Assembly (NCBI RefSeq): GCF_000143415.4 | Contig: NW_003314369.1 | Coordinates: forward strand, 62,001 to 126,000 | Direction of reading: 5' to 3' | Length of the DNA stretch: 64,000 nucleotides | Origin: Selaginella moellendorffii | Lineage: Eukaryota > Plantae > Lycopodiophyta | Part shown: positions 24,627 to 38,900 of the stretch, piece after piece | Layout of the letters: each line of letters opens with the position of its first letter | Position numbering within the stretch: the stretch's first letter is position 1 | Position numbers and translations under genes: made by a program | Notes under the pieces: generated by a model | Database searches by the model: none | What the model was told of the DNA's origin: nothing | Seen by the model: the letters and a program-made list of their open reading frames with translations, nothing else

Positions 24627-25775
24627 CTTTCCTTGAAAGAATGAAAGGATTCGAAGCTCTGGAGCAAGATGAAGGCGAGAGAAGCTGGATGAACTGAAAG
24701 CAAGTTGGAACACTCCCTTATATTTGTGGAGCTCAGCGGCTTGGGTTTTAAAGCATACAAATGCTTTCCACAACTTTGTTGATCGATGTTTATCAGATAC
24801 TTAAGTGGACTTTGGGAAAAATAACACAAGCAAAGAACAATGTGGGAGGGCATCACATCCAGTTGAGAGGCACAGCTGACACAAGTTACACGTTTTGTTT
24901 GCACGGATCCACGTTTCACTGTGTGACTGATTTCTCGGTATGGATCTGATTTGGAATTTTAAGATCAGGTATCTTGCTGCACACGGCTTCATTTTGCGTC
25001 TACGTCCTTGACCAGCCCCAGTACAAGGTGGCAAGCGTGGAACTGGCAGTGGCGGCGGCGAAATCGAGCTGCGCAACGAGGATAAGGACAACAGCAGCAG
25101 CTACACCACAAGTTCTTACTCTTCTAAGCAAGAACAAGATCAAAAAACAGCTAGGGGCTTCTTCAATGTGGTGGCTGTGGATGCAGAGAGCAGCAGTGTA
25201 ATCAGATCTCTCAAAATAAATTCACAAAGTACTTTTTTGTTGCTTTACTATCACCTTTAAAGATCTTTGATTAATTTGGCAGGAACCAAGGTATCAAGAG
25301 GTTTTGAGCACTGGTGTTTGGAGGCAAGAATCGTGTTTTGATGTTGTGGAGTTACTTTAAATCAGAATCAAAAAGACAATATGCCCATGGTCTTTTTCAC
25401 TTTCAAACTAGAGCATGGTTGGTTAAAGCTAGTGTCTCAGATTATACAAAACCGAATCTATGTACAGATTCCTCTTCTCCACTTGCATGGAAGCCAAAAA
25501 CTGGAGCAAAACCCAGACAAGCTTCCACTCTGAAAACAAAAAAAGAAAAAGAAAAGCTGACAACCAATGAAGATTTTGGCTATGACTTGAAATGTTCTTA
25601 CCAAGAGGCTCGTGTCATCTCATCTCCCAGCATCTGCAAGAAGATATACTTAAGAAACCAGGAAAGCTGAAATCCTGCGACATACCTTCTTTCTCCGCAT
25701 TCGATGGTGTCTCGTACAAAGCAGCAGCACCGACCTCTCTGGCGCCAAGGAGCACAGATTCACGCAGTGAGTGGA

Positions 25776-28700
25776 TCACAGGGGTTCCAATGTGATGGAC
25801 GCTTTTGTAAAGACGGACAGTACGAACGGTGCTTCCTGGTGTGGAGCGAACGTTGTTGGAACAATTGTGTAACCCCTTGGATCAGGTTCCAGCACCATCT
25901 CGCAAGAAATTTCTCTCGAGTTGACGTAATCTGTGCCCCCAACTGACTCGTGCATGAAGATGTTGTACTTGGCACGCTTTCCTCGAGTTTTCAAGATCCT
26001 CATGCCAATATAGAACATTGAGGTGTCTCCACTGGATTGATATTCAAACCCGGCTCGCTTGCGAGATGAGAAGTGGACACCCTGCAAAGACCAGTGGAAA
26101 AGGCTTCGAAAAGAGTAGAGTAAAGTCCAAACGAACCTGGGTGAGTGTCACAAACACGTGAACAGGCTTTCGTGCGTCTGAGCCCACAGCTTTGAGCCTA
26201 AACTGTGGATTATAATGCCAAGAGTCGAAGTCTTGGCAGCCACCAGCAGTTCCTCCACGCCACTGTCCTCGCACCGAGTATCTCATCTCCGGGGGATAAA
26301 TGCGGCAGACATATACGGACCGAAAATGCAGCTGGAAGTCTTGCCATGACATCCAAAAGACTCCATCCTGCGCCTACACATGAATAAATTGTCGAATGAG
26401 AGGTTAAGAAACTCAGGAAAACGTCATATACCTGTGGTGAGTATTTTAGCTTGTGCTTCATTCGATCTGTCCATTCCAAAGAAGAGTCGGACCAAGGTCC
26501 ATTCCACTCGACTTCATTCGCCCACGGATTGCATATTTGAACGAGCTTGTGCCCATCCACCTCCCGCACCTGAAAGGAAATCATAGCATGTAAGTAAAAC
26601 GCCATCTCCATGCGAGAGCCATGGATTACCTGTAGTAGAGAGTAAGCATGGCCTTGAACAATACCACTGGCCGAAACGTGAGCATCCGAACCGGAAGGAC
26701 TGCCAGCTCCAAGCAAGAAGCCTTCCTGCTTGAAACGTAGCAGCTGGGACCAGAGTCGTCCACTGGCTAAATCCAGTTGCGCTTGTGCACTCGTCAAATC
26801 GATTTCTTCGCCGGCTCCACCGGTTAAATCCACAAGAGCATCCTGGACGTGTCCTCCTTCCAGAGCCTCATATGAGCCATGAAGCTTAGCGTATGCCTTT
26901 TCCAGCACAGACACCCAGAGCTCATGTCGCTTCCTGCTGGTTGCAAATGCTGGCTTGCCCTTGAACTCACAAGGAATCCAGTCGTCCACAACGACTGGCA
27001 CCCATTCACCCTGGAGTGTAATGATTCACTTGTTGAGTTGAAGAGCTAAAAACATACGAAATGCATTACCTGAATGCAAAACCGAACAGTGTATATGCCC
27101 TCCTCATTGTACTCCGGAGTGATAATAACCTCCGAAATCCGCGACGCCGCAGTCAGCACAGCGACGGCACTCAAAAACCAGCAGTCTCCAAGACGGCCCT
27201 GCAGCGTACGAAGTAAACATACGCATATAATCACCAGAAAAAAAGCTTTTACCTGACAAACGTCAGCAGGCTTTGTGAAGCCTTCAAAGAGACGGGGTCT
27301 TGCATTTGTTCCGATGTCCCGAACTAGTTCGGCTGGACGAACCCACTGCTGAACAACCTGAAAAGAATCAAGTGTGAACAACAGCTGCAAAATCCATGAA
27401 ATTTGTACCTGTAACTTCGGCAAAGGTTGCTCGGGGTTGATGAACAATGATTGGTTGGTGGGAGGAAATTCCTGATCCGTAAACTGCAACTCTCCTCTCG
27501 CCGCAAGGGCCTCTTTGACAGCCAGTTCAACTGACCGCATTCGCTGGTTGACTTCCTCATTCGTTTCTGCTCTTGGCCTCCTCAGCTTCCTAGTCAAATA
27601 ATCCATTTCTATCACTACCGAGTCCTTGTCAGGTTTTCTCTTCCGACCTACGGCCTGTTCTTCCCAGTACCCTTCTTCTCTATCATAAAGATCTAAGTCA
27701 GCAGCTTCACTTCCCCAGTCATCCAACTGAAACATAAGAGAAAATTAGTATAACAAGATTTTCGCACAGCTCAAAGAAAACTGATACTTACTCGAATAGG
27801 TGAGTCCCCGGATTGCCAGTCATCATCGGGTAAGTCCTCCACACTGTAATCGGCTACGTTCGCATTATGTACGGTGAGGAGCTCCTCCTCTTTCAGGCAC
27901 CTCCCCCAAAGAAAAACATCCATTATGTGCATGCTTGCCTCCACGCCTTCACTATCAGATCTTCCAAAAGCGTCCAAGTCCATGGGAGGCCGAGAGCCAA
28001 CCCAGACCTCTGTCTCTCGTTGCCAGATGCCCCCTTCCACTGGTATTTGCAAACCACTTTGTGTACCATCCAGCATACCATCCAAGTATGCTGCAACTTC
28101 TCCAGTGGTAGCATCAACCGTGACTGCAACAGTGTGCCACCTACAAGAGAAGCCCGTCAGTCACTTGTAATATGTATAAGAAACTACGAACCTCCCATCC
28201 GCAATGTCAGTGTTGCCAATGTTTCTCTCCCTGACTGTCATGGTGTGGCCAGGACCTTTCAGTACGAGCCTGATTCCTACTTGTCCCGACTCTAGGTTCT
28301 GCTCGGCACCAGCTATAAGTATCTCCAAACATATCTTCTGGCAGCTTTCTGTGCCTAGAATGCAGACAGGCCCCGACTGTGGTTGAACCATTATCGCAGC
28401 GGAACATGTGATGGACTTGAATCCGCACACCGCAGCATCGATCGTGCCACAGTGTCGTCCGGTAGTGCGCGGTTCATCATCTATCACGCAAATTGCCCCC
28501 GGCACCCCGGTCTATATTTCCAAACAGGCAGCATCAGAATAAAATCAACAGTAAGATTTAGCGATCGAACCTGTTGTGCGCGGCGGGCCCTTTGAGCCGA
28601 GAGTATACGACGAGCAATACTGGAAACATGCGTTCCAGACTCGTCCAAAAGGTCTCCACCACCCACAGCACGAACAGCGGCAGCCATGGCTGCTGCTTCT

Positions 28701-31700
28701 TTGCTTCCAACATCCGGTACAGACGATATTACGGAGGCCTCCATTTCCCGCCGTCTGCGCTCTTCTTTCTCCAACAAAGCTTTTCTTCTCTCTTTTCCTT
28801 TGCCTTCCTCCTCACGCCGCTGAAAAATAAGCTCCTCCTCCATTTCTCTTTCTCTCATGTAGCTGATTAGAGAAAGTTATAAACATAAAGATTTTTGAAA
28901 GATAATTGAGACTTTACCTTTCTTGAACCAACTCGAACTGCTTGCGATCCTCTGGTGTCCACTTGTGAATTTTCTTTGCGCTAAGATCAGAGAAGCCAAT
29001 ACTGTCAAGAAAAAGCCGAAGGCGGACCTCATCCTTCAAAAAGATTGTAGTTAGTACCGCTACATGAGAAAGGAGCACAATTACCTGCACTCTTTCAGCC
29101 TTCGCGGCAAGGCCGAGTATTAGAAGCAAGTATCCCCCAAACTTGTCCCACATGTAGACCCATTCAGTATCAATGGCCTCCTCAAGCGTAAGTATCCGGG
29201 CATGTGCACACATTTTTCTTCGAAATCCAACATCGGGGGATGGCTCGTGACGATATTTTGAGCTTCGTTTTTTCTTGCGCCACCAAAGACCAGCGGCACG
29301 CTCTTCATTGCGCAGACGCTCTCGAAGCTTCAAAACATCAGCCCTTGGTAGCACAAAATTCCCTGCTTTATCCCGCGGAACAGTGGGGTCGCCAACCAGA
29401 AGGGCAGCGGAACTAGCAGACCGTTGTGGAGCTGAATAAGTTCCAGACAGTGCATTCCTTGTCTGCGCCCAAAGATCAGTAAAAGTTCCGAAACAAGACT
29501 TCATACCTTCGTGGAAGATCGTGCGATCGCTTGTACTATAGTATCCTTGCCTAGAAACTGAACAGCGTCATCCATCATCTGCAGAATTTCATTAGATAAA
29601 ACGAGAATAAACAGTATATACCTTCAAGGTGATGCAAGGTCTTGAAACGGCAAAACCAAACGCTACTACAAGCGTAATAGCGGACACTGCAGCTCCAGCA
29701 AAGGGAGGATAGATTTCCAAGCTTGCAACTACGCCCCAGCCAGCAGCTGCCAAAGCGACGCAGTACAGGACCAAAAATGCAGCACTGCATAACAGGATAT
29801 AATTTTGACGCCGCTAAAAACTGGAAGCATAGATATGATACCTGACATTTTTTGCCGAATCAGCATGGGCATCATATACATAAACGGGTAGCACTCGAGG
29901 TGAGTACACCACTACTGGTGGAGATAGTAGGACCTGAGGAAGAACATCAGGCACTGTTTTATGAATAGAAAACTTACTGTAAGAGCCCGTCCAGCAAGCA
30001 GAAACAAAAACGAAAAGTAACCCACGGACGCTCCAACGAAAGGTTCATCTGCTTAAAGAAGAAATTGTCAAAGCTACATGCTTAAGTGCCACTGCACCTG
30101 CTAGAAGTCCCACAAGAAACGCTGCCAAGGCCAATACAAAAGCTGCTAAACAAACCAAGAGCGTCTCGAGACGTGTCATGTAGAAATTGTGAGAGGCCCA
30201 ATGATGTATAACACCAATCGCCAGGATAAGAAGAAGTAGAAACAGAAGAAAGGCCACACCAACCTGCAATAAGTGTGTTAGAACATGAAATTAAGTGACG
30301 GAAAAAGCTTTACCATCCACGGATTGATAGTGGCTATAACAGCAGAGATCGCGCCCAGCAACAAAATAAGGCCAATGCCGACAAAGATATAGACTCCCTT
30401 CGAGAGGTGCCATCCTTCATCCTTCCTGTCATAAAAAAACTTAGTATAGTACTTCCTATTCGAGGTACGTACCATTTGTAAAGACCACAGCCGAGAGAAA
30501 ACATAGCGGGTATACAGATTAGAGGTAATAGAGCTACTAAGAAATCTATTTCCAGGGGGATGTTGCCTTCTCGAGATTGAAGTACTACCAAATATGAGCC
30601 TCCGCAAAATGTAAGTAAAACCACTGAGACCGAAAATAGATTATTAGTAAGGAAAATAAAAATGAAAATTTCAAACTTACCAATAAAAAGGCCAACACAA
30701 ACTGCCGAGGAGAGAGAAAACCTGTACGTTGCGAACCAAGACACGGCCGGGAGCAGACCAGTAAGGACTAAAGCAAACGATGCAGCTACAGCCCAGCCAA
30801 TATAGAACGACGATGCATATGGGCACCCAGAGGATGAGATGTCACATACAGCACTAGCGTACTCCAAGTCATCCAGAGGCTTGAACGAAATAATTACCCC
30901 AAGAGCAAAAATACTAGTCACGCAAATGGCGATGGCAACTGTCATCATAATTCCCTGCAGAGAAGATCAAATTAGTTCAGAAACTAGCAAACCAAAATTA
31001 AGAAAAAGAGTTTACTTCTTTGGACTTCAGGCTGCAATGAGCACCTCCATCAACAGGAATGTAGAACCTGAATCCATTACGGACCCATATTGGAAGGGCA
31101 ATTGCCAGGGTCGCGGTCATTGAAGGTACCGTCAGAGCTAAACCAAGTAAGATTGACGATTTGCTGTCAAGCCAAGAAGCACACATTAAAAGNNNNNNNN
31201 NNNNNNNNNNNNNNNNNNNNNNNNNNNNNNNNNNNNNNNNNNNNNNNNNNNNNNNNNNNNNNNNNNNNNNNNNNNNNNNNNNNNNNNNNNNNNNNNNNNN
31301 NNNNNNNNNNNNNNNNNNNNNNNNNNNNNNNNNTTTCTTGGTCTTGCAGTCAATATCATCTCCTCCGCTTGAAGGGATCGAAGAAATGCTAGCAGCGAGC
31401 AAAATACAGGCGGAAGCAGTAGAGCAGAAAATCCAAACTCGAACTGTCGTCAAAAGAGTACATTAGAAACAATAGGAACGGTTTCGAGCGACCAACCTGC
31501 TCATGCGTTGCGTTTATCACTGTTACACTGTTGGGCCGGAAGACTCCAATGATAACAGTTTCCAAAACAAAAAACACGCTGAAGAGTAACCATGCACGTT
31601 CCGGAGTGCCCGCTGAAAGCTGTACTAGCATCGAGCTTCGTTGAACCCATCTTTCCACTCGCTGACGACGCAATTCCTCCGCCCAAGCCTCTTCAGAGAC

Positions 31701-33852
31701 AGCATTCTGTGACTGGCTGGGAGCAGTAGTCGCAACTTCACTATTGTCCCTGTGGTCCCTATCAGCGTCGAGGCTACTGCGTTGCAACAAAGCTAAAATT
31801 GTTGGATCTAAACCCCTCTCTTTGAGCATGACAGCAAAGTTTGGATCAAGACCTTTATCTTCCAGCAAAGTAGTCAGGTCCTGTTCACCTGGTTTTCGCT
31901 TCAGATCAAAATTTCGTCCTTTTAGCATAGATGCCAATCTTGGATCGTTCAGCTTTTCTTGAAAGGCTAGCGCGAGGCTTGGGTCTAAACCATGGTGCTC
32001 CAACACCTGTGTCCCAGAGGCACTGGACTCTATGCTTGGCCCCTCTACACCAGTTGGTCCAGACGTAAAAGTCTTATGGCATTCAGTGACGACCACCTTC
32101 TTGTCGCCAAACTCTGGGTGTAAACCTGTAGGATGATGAACAGAACCATGGAATGCGCTAGCTAAACCTGCGAACGACCTGGATATTTCCAAAGCTTTCC
32201 CTGTTCCTGAACTTTCTGTGCTATCTTCATTTACAGCTGCTGCACCTGACTGATGAGACCAGGTTCCATTTCCTTCTTGATGACATTTAACCGAGCTCCT
32301 ATTCATGGCCTCAAATGCTAATCCAATCTGCGTTGCTTCCACACTGCTACTGCGCTTTGCACTGGAATCCCTACCCTCTGAAAAACTAGAGGAACTTCCA
32401 CCCCTCTTCCTGAAGCCTTCTCTCAAGCGTATAACAGTCGGCTGCAACGCAGCCCTTCTTGCTGCCGAAGGACTGACAACAGATAAATGTCGGCAGACAG
32501 CAGCTCCAAGAAGAACACAGGCCACTACCGCATAGCTCACACAGTGACCAAGATACCTGCATACATTTGTGTCAAATATGGCTTGGATGGATACTAATCG
32601 TTTACGTACCAGAGGTGAACACCAAAGCATATTAAAAATACTCTATAAATGCCAGCCACGAAAAGAGCCACAACCCGGCTTTTTAGTAATTGGAAGCCGA
32701 ACAGGCAAGCTCCCACATTCGCATCTGTGATATAAAAGAAAATAAAACTAAAAATAAAAACAGGATAGAAAAATGTACAAACCGAGGATTATGACTGCAG
32801 CCGAAGTCACTCCTCCAAGCCAACGAACTTTTTGAGCTGTGAGTGCATACAAAATGGAATAGGCCACCAAAACCACAATTGATCCAGAATAGAGAAGAGC
32901 CAGGTGACATGTTCTGCAAATGCGAAACAGTCAGAGCACGTTCCAAGAATGCTAATCATTTCTTACTTGCGAGGCTTCTGAAGAGCGGCATCCTTAGGAT
33001 CGGGCGGTTCAGGCATACAAGCCACAGGGCCAACTTCAATTCCATCTGCATATGCGAACTTATAAGATCTTCTCACGTACTCATCTACGTCGATACCAGA
33101 ACCTGAAATGCAGGTGTCAGCACATAGTCTCCACAGTTCAATAAATCTTACCATGGAAAACCATTTTACAAATAAACAGCATGTTGATGGCAAGTGCTAT
33201 AGCTGACACCCCAAAAAAGAATCCAGAAGCTGAATATCTTTTGGAGGCACTCCTTCCGGCTGTTACATACACCGCGGAGAACTCGTATGCACATAGAAAC
33301 GAGACCGCTAGCAAAAGAAGAACCGCTACCGCACCTGAGAACACGTACACCCTGGGTTACAGAAAACAAACAAACGAAAAGTAATAAACAAGGGACGTAC
33401 GTGAGCTTTGCCATTGTGTCCTCCACCAAAGCATGATCGCATAAAACGCCAACAAGAGCGCAGTCCCTGGCAGAATAACAGCCAGACCGATCGTATCCCG
33501 ATCCAGCAATATAACCAGCTTCACACCCCAAGTCACCAGAACCGCCACAGGTGACAGGACAATGAGCCATGCTGTTAATGCCAGTAATGCTGCGGCAATG
33601 CTCAGGTATGATCCTTGGCAGCACGAAGGCCATTTTCGAGCAAATACCCAGCTGCAAGCAAGTCCCGTGTGAGTTCACAGAGAAAATAGAGAAACGCTAA
33701 GCTTTTCCATACCTGTAAATTCGCCAAGGTCTCCAGTTCACTCCAAACAAGATACCAACGGACAAGGCACTGAGCACCGAGAAGAGCGTGCCACAGACGG
33801 CACACAACACGATCAGGCTGTGCTGATCTCCTGCTTCAATGGAGTCTCCCAT
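25776..33852 (-). CDS. DEK1: DEFECTIVE KERNEL 1 membrane-anchored calpain, many exons; assembly gap at 31193-31333
   Basis: N-terminus ..LFGVNWRPWRIYSWVFARKWP; loop GLDPNFAVMLKERGLDPTILALLQRSSLDADRDHRDN; EEAIDTEWVYMWDKFGGY; CysPc CQGRLGDCWFLSA, GHAYS, NPWANEVEWNG; C2L domain ending ASITLEPL*. Confidence 0.97.
31193..31333. other. Assembly gap (141 N)
   Basis: Run of N inside DEK1. Confidence 1.
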
Positions 33853-34759
33853 TGCCCAGACCCCTCAGCCTGCTTCATTCACACTCCAGTCCCTATGCCT
33901 GCAGACCATGAGTTTGCAGCACTCTTGGGCAGCACCGCTTGGATACTGGCCGGAGAATGTAGCGAGCGTCATAAGATCAAATCCAGTTTATCCTAATCTA
34001 AGCTGGAAGAACCATCCTACCCTCCTGCTTCCATCCCTAGGAAATCGAAATCTACCCCTCCCTCCACTCCCACAAACCGAGAATGCAGACCGATAGCTAG
34101 CGCGCGAAGCGATTCGCAGCTCACTGCTGCCAAAACCCTGAGAGATTCCAGGCGCCCTGGAGCTGCTGCAATCGATACCCTCCCGCCCTGATGCTGGCGC
34201 TGGCTCGCGCTCGCGCTCGCGCTCCCGGCGCCTCCTGGGCTAGGGCAAGAATGCAGGAAGGACAAGCGCCTTTAGGAGCCGCATTGGTGCTAGGGCATTA
34301 TCAGTCGCCATTGTTTTCTTCCTTAGCTGCCACTAAAGAAAGGATTAAAGTAAGAGAGGATTAACTATTACGTGGGAACAGGGGGCCGGGCCTAGATTCC
34401 AAAGATCCCGAATAAGAAGTGTTTTCACACCATGTAAAGGGCATTATGTAAAAGAGGACAAGTGGATTAAACGGTCAAATGGGGCGAGACCACACGTGGT
34501 GACCGTCGGATGGGGCGGATCAGGTCCGCTACTCCTGCCAGGCAGCCGTGATTGGTCTCATGGGCATTGCGGTTTTGTAAATTTATTAGCCCTAAAAGAA
34601 AGAAAGAAAGGATCCCTCCACTGTGGAAGGAGGGAAAAGAAGGTGAAAACGAATTTTTGAAATCAGCCGACGTGGGCCGGGCAGGCTGGCACAGAGTCAC
34701 ATGTGACCATTGTCAGATGGGAACAGAATAATACAGTAAAGAATATCCTTAATATGCTG

Positions 34760-35948
34760 TGACTATCAAATAAAATGATTGAACTGTTAAAAACATTTTT
34801 AATTAGCAATTGTCGAGAAATGTTTTCACATATATAATATATTTAAATTTTAAGTAATTTTTATGTTATAAAAATAAAGACTTTTATTTTTCTTTTTTTT
34901 TTTTACTACTAAAATCTATATACTTATATTCACAGGGTAAAAAAAAACTATTTGAAATTCTTGTATGATATTCATTACTGGAACATCAACATTCTTAAAC
35001 AACATATAGAGTAACTTAAATAAATCAAAGGTATGAAAATTATTCATCTTATGTTTTAAAATTTTATTAAGTAATGACTGAAGAAAATGTTAACTAAATT
35101 TTAAAAAATTTAATAAAAATACAAAAGAAAAATAAAGTATAAAATAATATAACTAGTGATTATATGTAAAATAAAACATAATAATAGTATAAAAATATAA
35201 GAATTTATGAAGAGAATGGTCATTACTTAGAATATAAATTAACCATTTTCCTTTATTTAATACTTATTTCATAAAAGTTACTTACTATTTCTTTTATAAA
35301 TAACTTATAATAGCTATATAGTTTATCCTTTGTTTCAACATAAAATAAAAGAATATTATAATATAAAAATTTGTGCCTAAAGTTTTATTTTGATAATAAA
35401 AAAATATGTGCTATTAATATTGTAATTAAATTATTTTAAATAAATTTATATTGTCCTTTCAAAATTTTCAACTAATTTTTTTAAAGTAATATCATTGAAT
35501 GATAAATACTCAACAATGTTTATAAAGTTATTTAAATTAGTCAATTAAATATTTTATCATTGGCTGATTTTGACAATAAGTACTAAAATTTAAAAATGTT
35601 TTTGCTCTCTTATCTAATAATTTTTATATAACATTTTAATTATTTATTAAATATATGTATAGGGTTTTAACATCTATATGCATTCAATTTAAAGTTTAAG
35701 TATATCATGTATTATAGCTTATTATTTAAAATGTTTTATTTCCTCTTTTATTAATTAATGCAACTTTATTTCTCCTAGTAATAGTTAATATTGTTGATAT
35801 CTAAAATTTCTGTGAAATTTCTATTTTAACTCATAGAGCCTTAATTAAATAAATAATTATACCTTAATAAACTTTAATTACAATATTTTACTTATCACTT
35901 AAAATTATTAAATAATATAATATTTGAATAATAAATTAATTAATGAGT
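34760..35948. other. Extremely AT-rich spacer at the boundary between the gene island and the TE nest
   Basis: Very low GC, no ORFs. Confidence 0.8.
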
Positions 35949-38900
35949 TGTAACGGCCAAGTGTATGGCTACGATGCCATATACTAATATTAACGTACTA
36001 GGATTTTGGTAGTTGTCAGATTAGTTTCAATCCGGATTACTCGCTCCTATATATAAGTTAGGTTTTTGGGCTAATTAATATGCACATTTTCTGTATTCCC
36101 TTTCCATATTTCATACACTTACATTGGTGGAGGTGAGGGGCATTTTTGATTGTCCCTGAAGAGTGCTTAGATTTGGGATTTTAATTTAAATCTAGCTTTT
36201 TCCATTTTCTTTTTTTTGTTCTTTCCTTTTAGGATTTTGGTTTAGATTTAGCTTTTTGCATTGTCTAGATCTCCATTTCCTTCTAGCTTTTTTGTCATTT
36301 CTCTTCTTTTGCTCTTTCTTTTTCATTCATCTTTATGGCAGATTAGCAATTTCCTCTTTTAACTCTAGAGCAACAATTAGTACAATTGCTTGATGCTATG
36401 CACTTGCAAATGAACAACCAAATGTGGTACAATTCCTCCTGCTCTTGGTTCCAATTCTTATGTTCGGCCAAAGTTCTTTTGCGGGAATTCTAGGGATGAT
36501 GTGTACTATTAGTTTGATCACTTCATAGTGATTGCCACATATCATTCTTGGGATGATGCTTGACATTTGCATGAGTTTCCCACATGTCTCCAAGGGATAG
36601 CGTTGCAGTGGTACAATGGTTTGAGCGCAGCCACTCGTGAGGATTGGAGTGTTCTCCCGGACGTCTTCAAATGTGTATTCGGACATGCCGACAATTGTGA
36701 TGATGCCTTCCAACAATTGCATTGTCTTCACCAAGGGCCATTTGATTTGGTGATGTAATTTAACATTTATTTCCGAAGTCTTTTGCTTCGTGCAGAGCCA
36801 AATATGTCAGAGTGGATCAAGCTAGGAATGTTGTGGCTAGCACTTTGTCAAGATTTTGTTGGATTTGAGCATGCACTTGCTCCTGCCACTTTTGATGGTG
36901 CTCTTTGTTTGGCACAACGTTATGAGATGTCGCCTCTTCCGCTTCTTATTACATGTCCTTTCACTCTCCCTCCTGTTGGCGATAGTCCTGTTACAATGGA
37001 GGTTGATGTTGTTGCTACTCAAGTCTAAGGATAAGGGCGAGGATGTAGTCGTGGTTGTGATGTTCACTGCTGGGCATGTGATGAAGTTGGTCACACTTAT
37101 TAGTGTTGTTGGTGTTTTCTGGATTGGCGACCTCCATTTCCTGGGTGGAGACCTTGGCATCAACAACGTCCTGTTGGTGCTGGTGTAATGGAATGTTTAG
37201 ACACCAGATGCATCTGACAAATGAGGAGTCACGTGAGTAATGGAGGGACCTTGCGTAAATAAGTCAATGACCCCTCCATCTTTCTTTCGGGAGTATCATC
37301 AAGGGGTTCACTCGGCACCGGTTCATCCAATGTTTACTTTCTAAGTTTGTTTTTATAACAAGAGATCTCCTATTATTCTTTTTGTGTTGGTTGATACAGG
37401 TTTGAGTTTATCTTCTATTGCTCGACCTGTTGCCACACGTTGGCGTCTACACTTGCATTGTGCGGCGGAACCAGTTTTTATTCTTTATGGCAACGGCCAT
37501 ACACATACTTGTGCATGGGATGAGGCAGACCTCATGAGGTAGACCTTGTGCATGTGGGTGATCTTGTAGCACACATGGTTTTGACCTTTTATTCTATAGT
37601 AATTTACCATAGGATAACACCACGAAGCAGAACCTAAACCCTCCATGTGCCACTTGTTAGTGCCACATGTCACATGCCACATGTCCATAGGACAGTGGTG
37701 TGGAACCCAAGGTTCAGGGCCTGAACGAAGGAACAGTGCCAAACTCCCAAGCATGAAGCCAAGGAGTGACAGAACCATACCACGGAGCAACTCCCGAGCA
37801 TATAGCCCAAGGAGCGAAGGGACAAGAGCCCAAAGCAACTTAGAGCGGTCCTAGAGCAACCAGCATCCCATTGCATGGACCAACACGCAAAACGGAGCCA
37901 AACAGAGTTTGGTGCTATTTCGGCATACTGGTGGCCTAACGCAAGGACATGGGTACTCCACCTGCTAGCATGAAATGGAACTTGGGCTTAAACCCAAGTC
38001 GGACGCAGAACAAAGATAGACACGCAAGCGGGAGCTAAACTATGTCTTAGGTTGGTTAGCTATGCCCGACCTACCCACTATCCCTACTATACATTTGGAA
38101 CCTCTAACAGCCCTCGACCCCCCCCCCCGTAAGGAACACATGCTTTGGGCTTTCACCCCAAGCCTCCCTTAGTATCAGGAGTTAGTCTCTGGGACAAGCT
38201 CGAAACTTACTAAATATGGAATGGCACTAGATTGTGAATTTGGACAAGGAACAAACACCATTGTGTTTAGGATAATCTCTACATTCCATAGATATGCCAA
38301 ATAAACAAATCTAGATGCTTTCCATAAAAAGTATTTAGGACTGAAATGAGATTAACACAAAGGGCATGATAGCGAGGGTGTTTGGCAAACACGGTAAATT
38401 ATCATCCAGTGATATTGAGGGACTAATCTCAATACGCGAGGGTTCATATCACTAGCCAGTGCAAGACAAAATGAGATGGGAACTCCTTACCGGGCTAAAT
38501 ATGCTTAGCTAATTCCGTCCTTATGCTTGTTCGGTTTAAGTACACTCGAAATGCCCAGTTAACTCCAATAGCACAAGAGGGACTGATAAAGGGTCTAGCA
38601 ATACCGACCTCTTGCCGTCGTGGCAGTAAAGAAAGAGTGTCCGTAAGGACTAGCCGACAAGTAACTTTCGATACCCAAGGTCACATTCGCGACACTCTCC
38701 TCCCCTAGGGAAGATCAACATCCTTGTCGATGCATACTCGAGTCTAGACCACCGCCAAGGAAACAACTCCAGAAAAAGTTCATAGGGATCACATTATGTG
38801 CAAAATGCACCAACTTAAATGAGTTTGGAGGAAACCTCTTTGTCTAACGCGGATGCGCTACCAGCTCAGACACCTTCCGGCCGTCGCCGACAAGGAAGTG

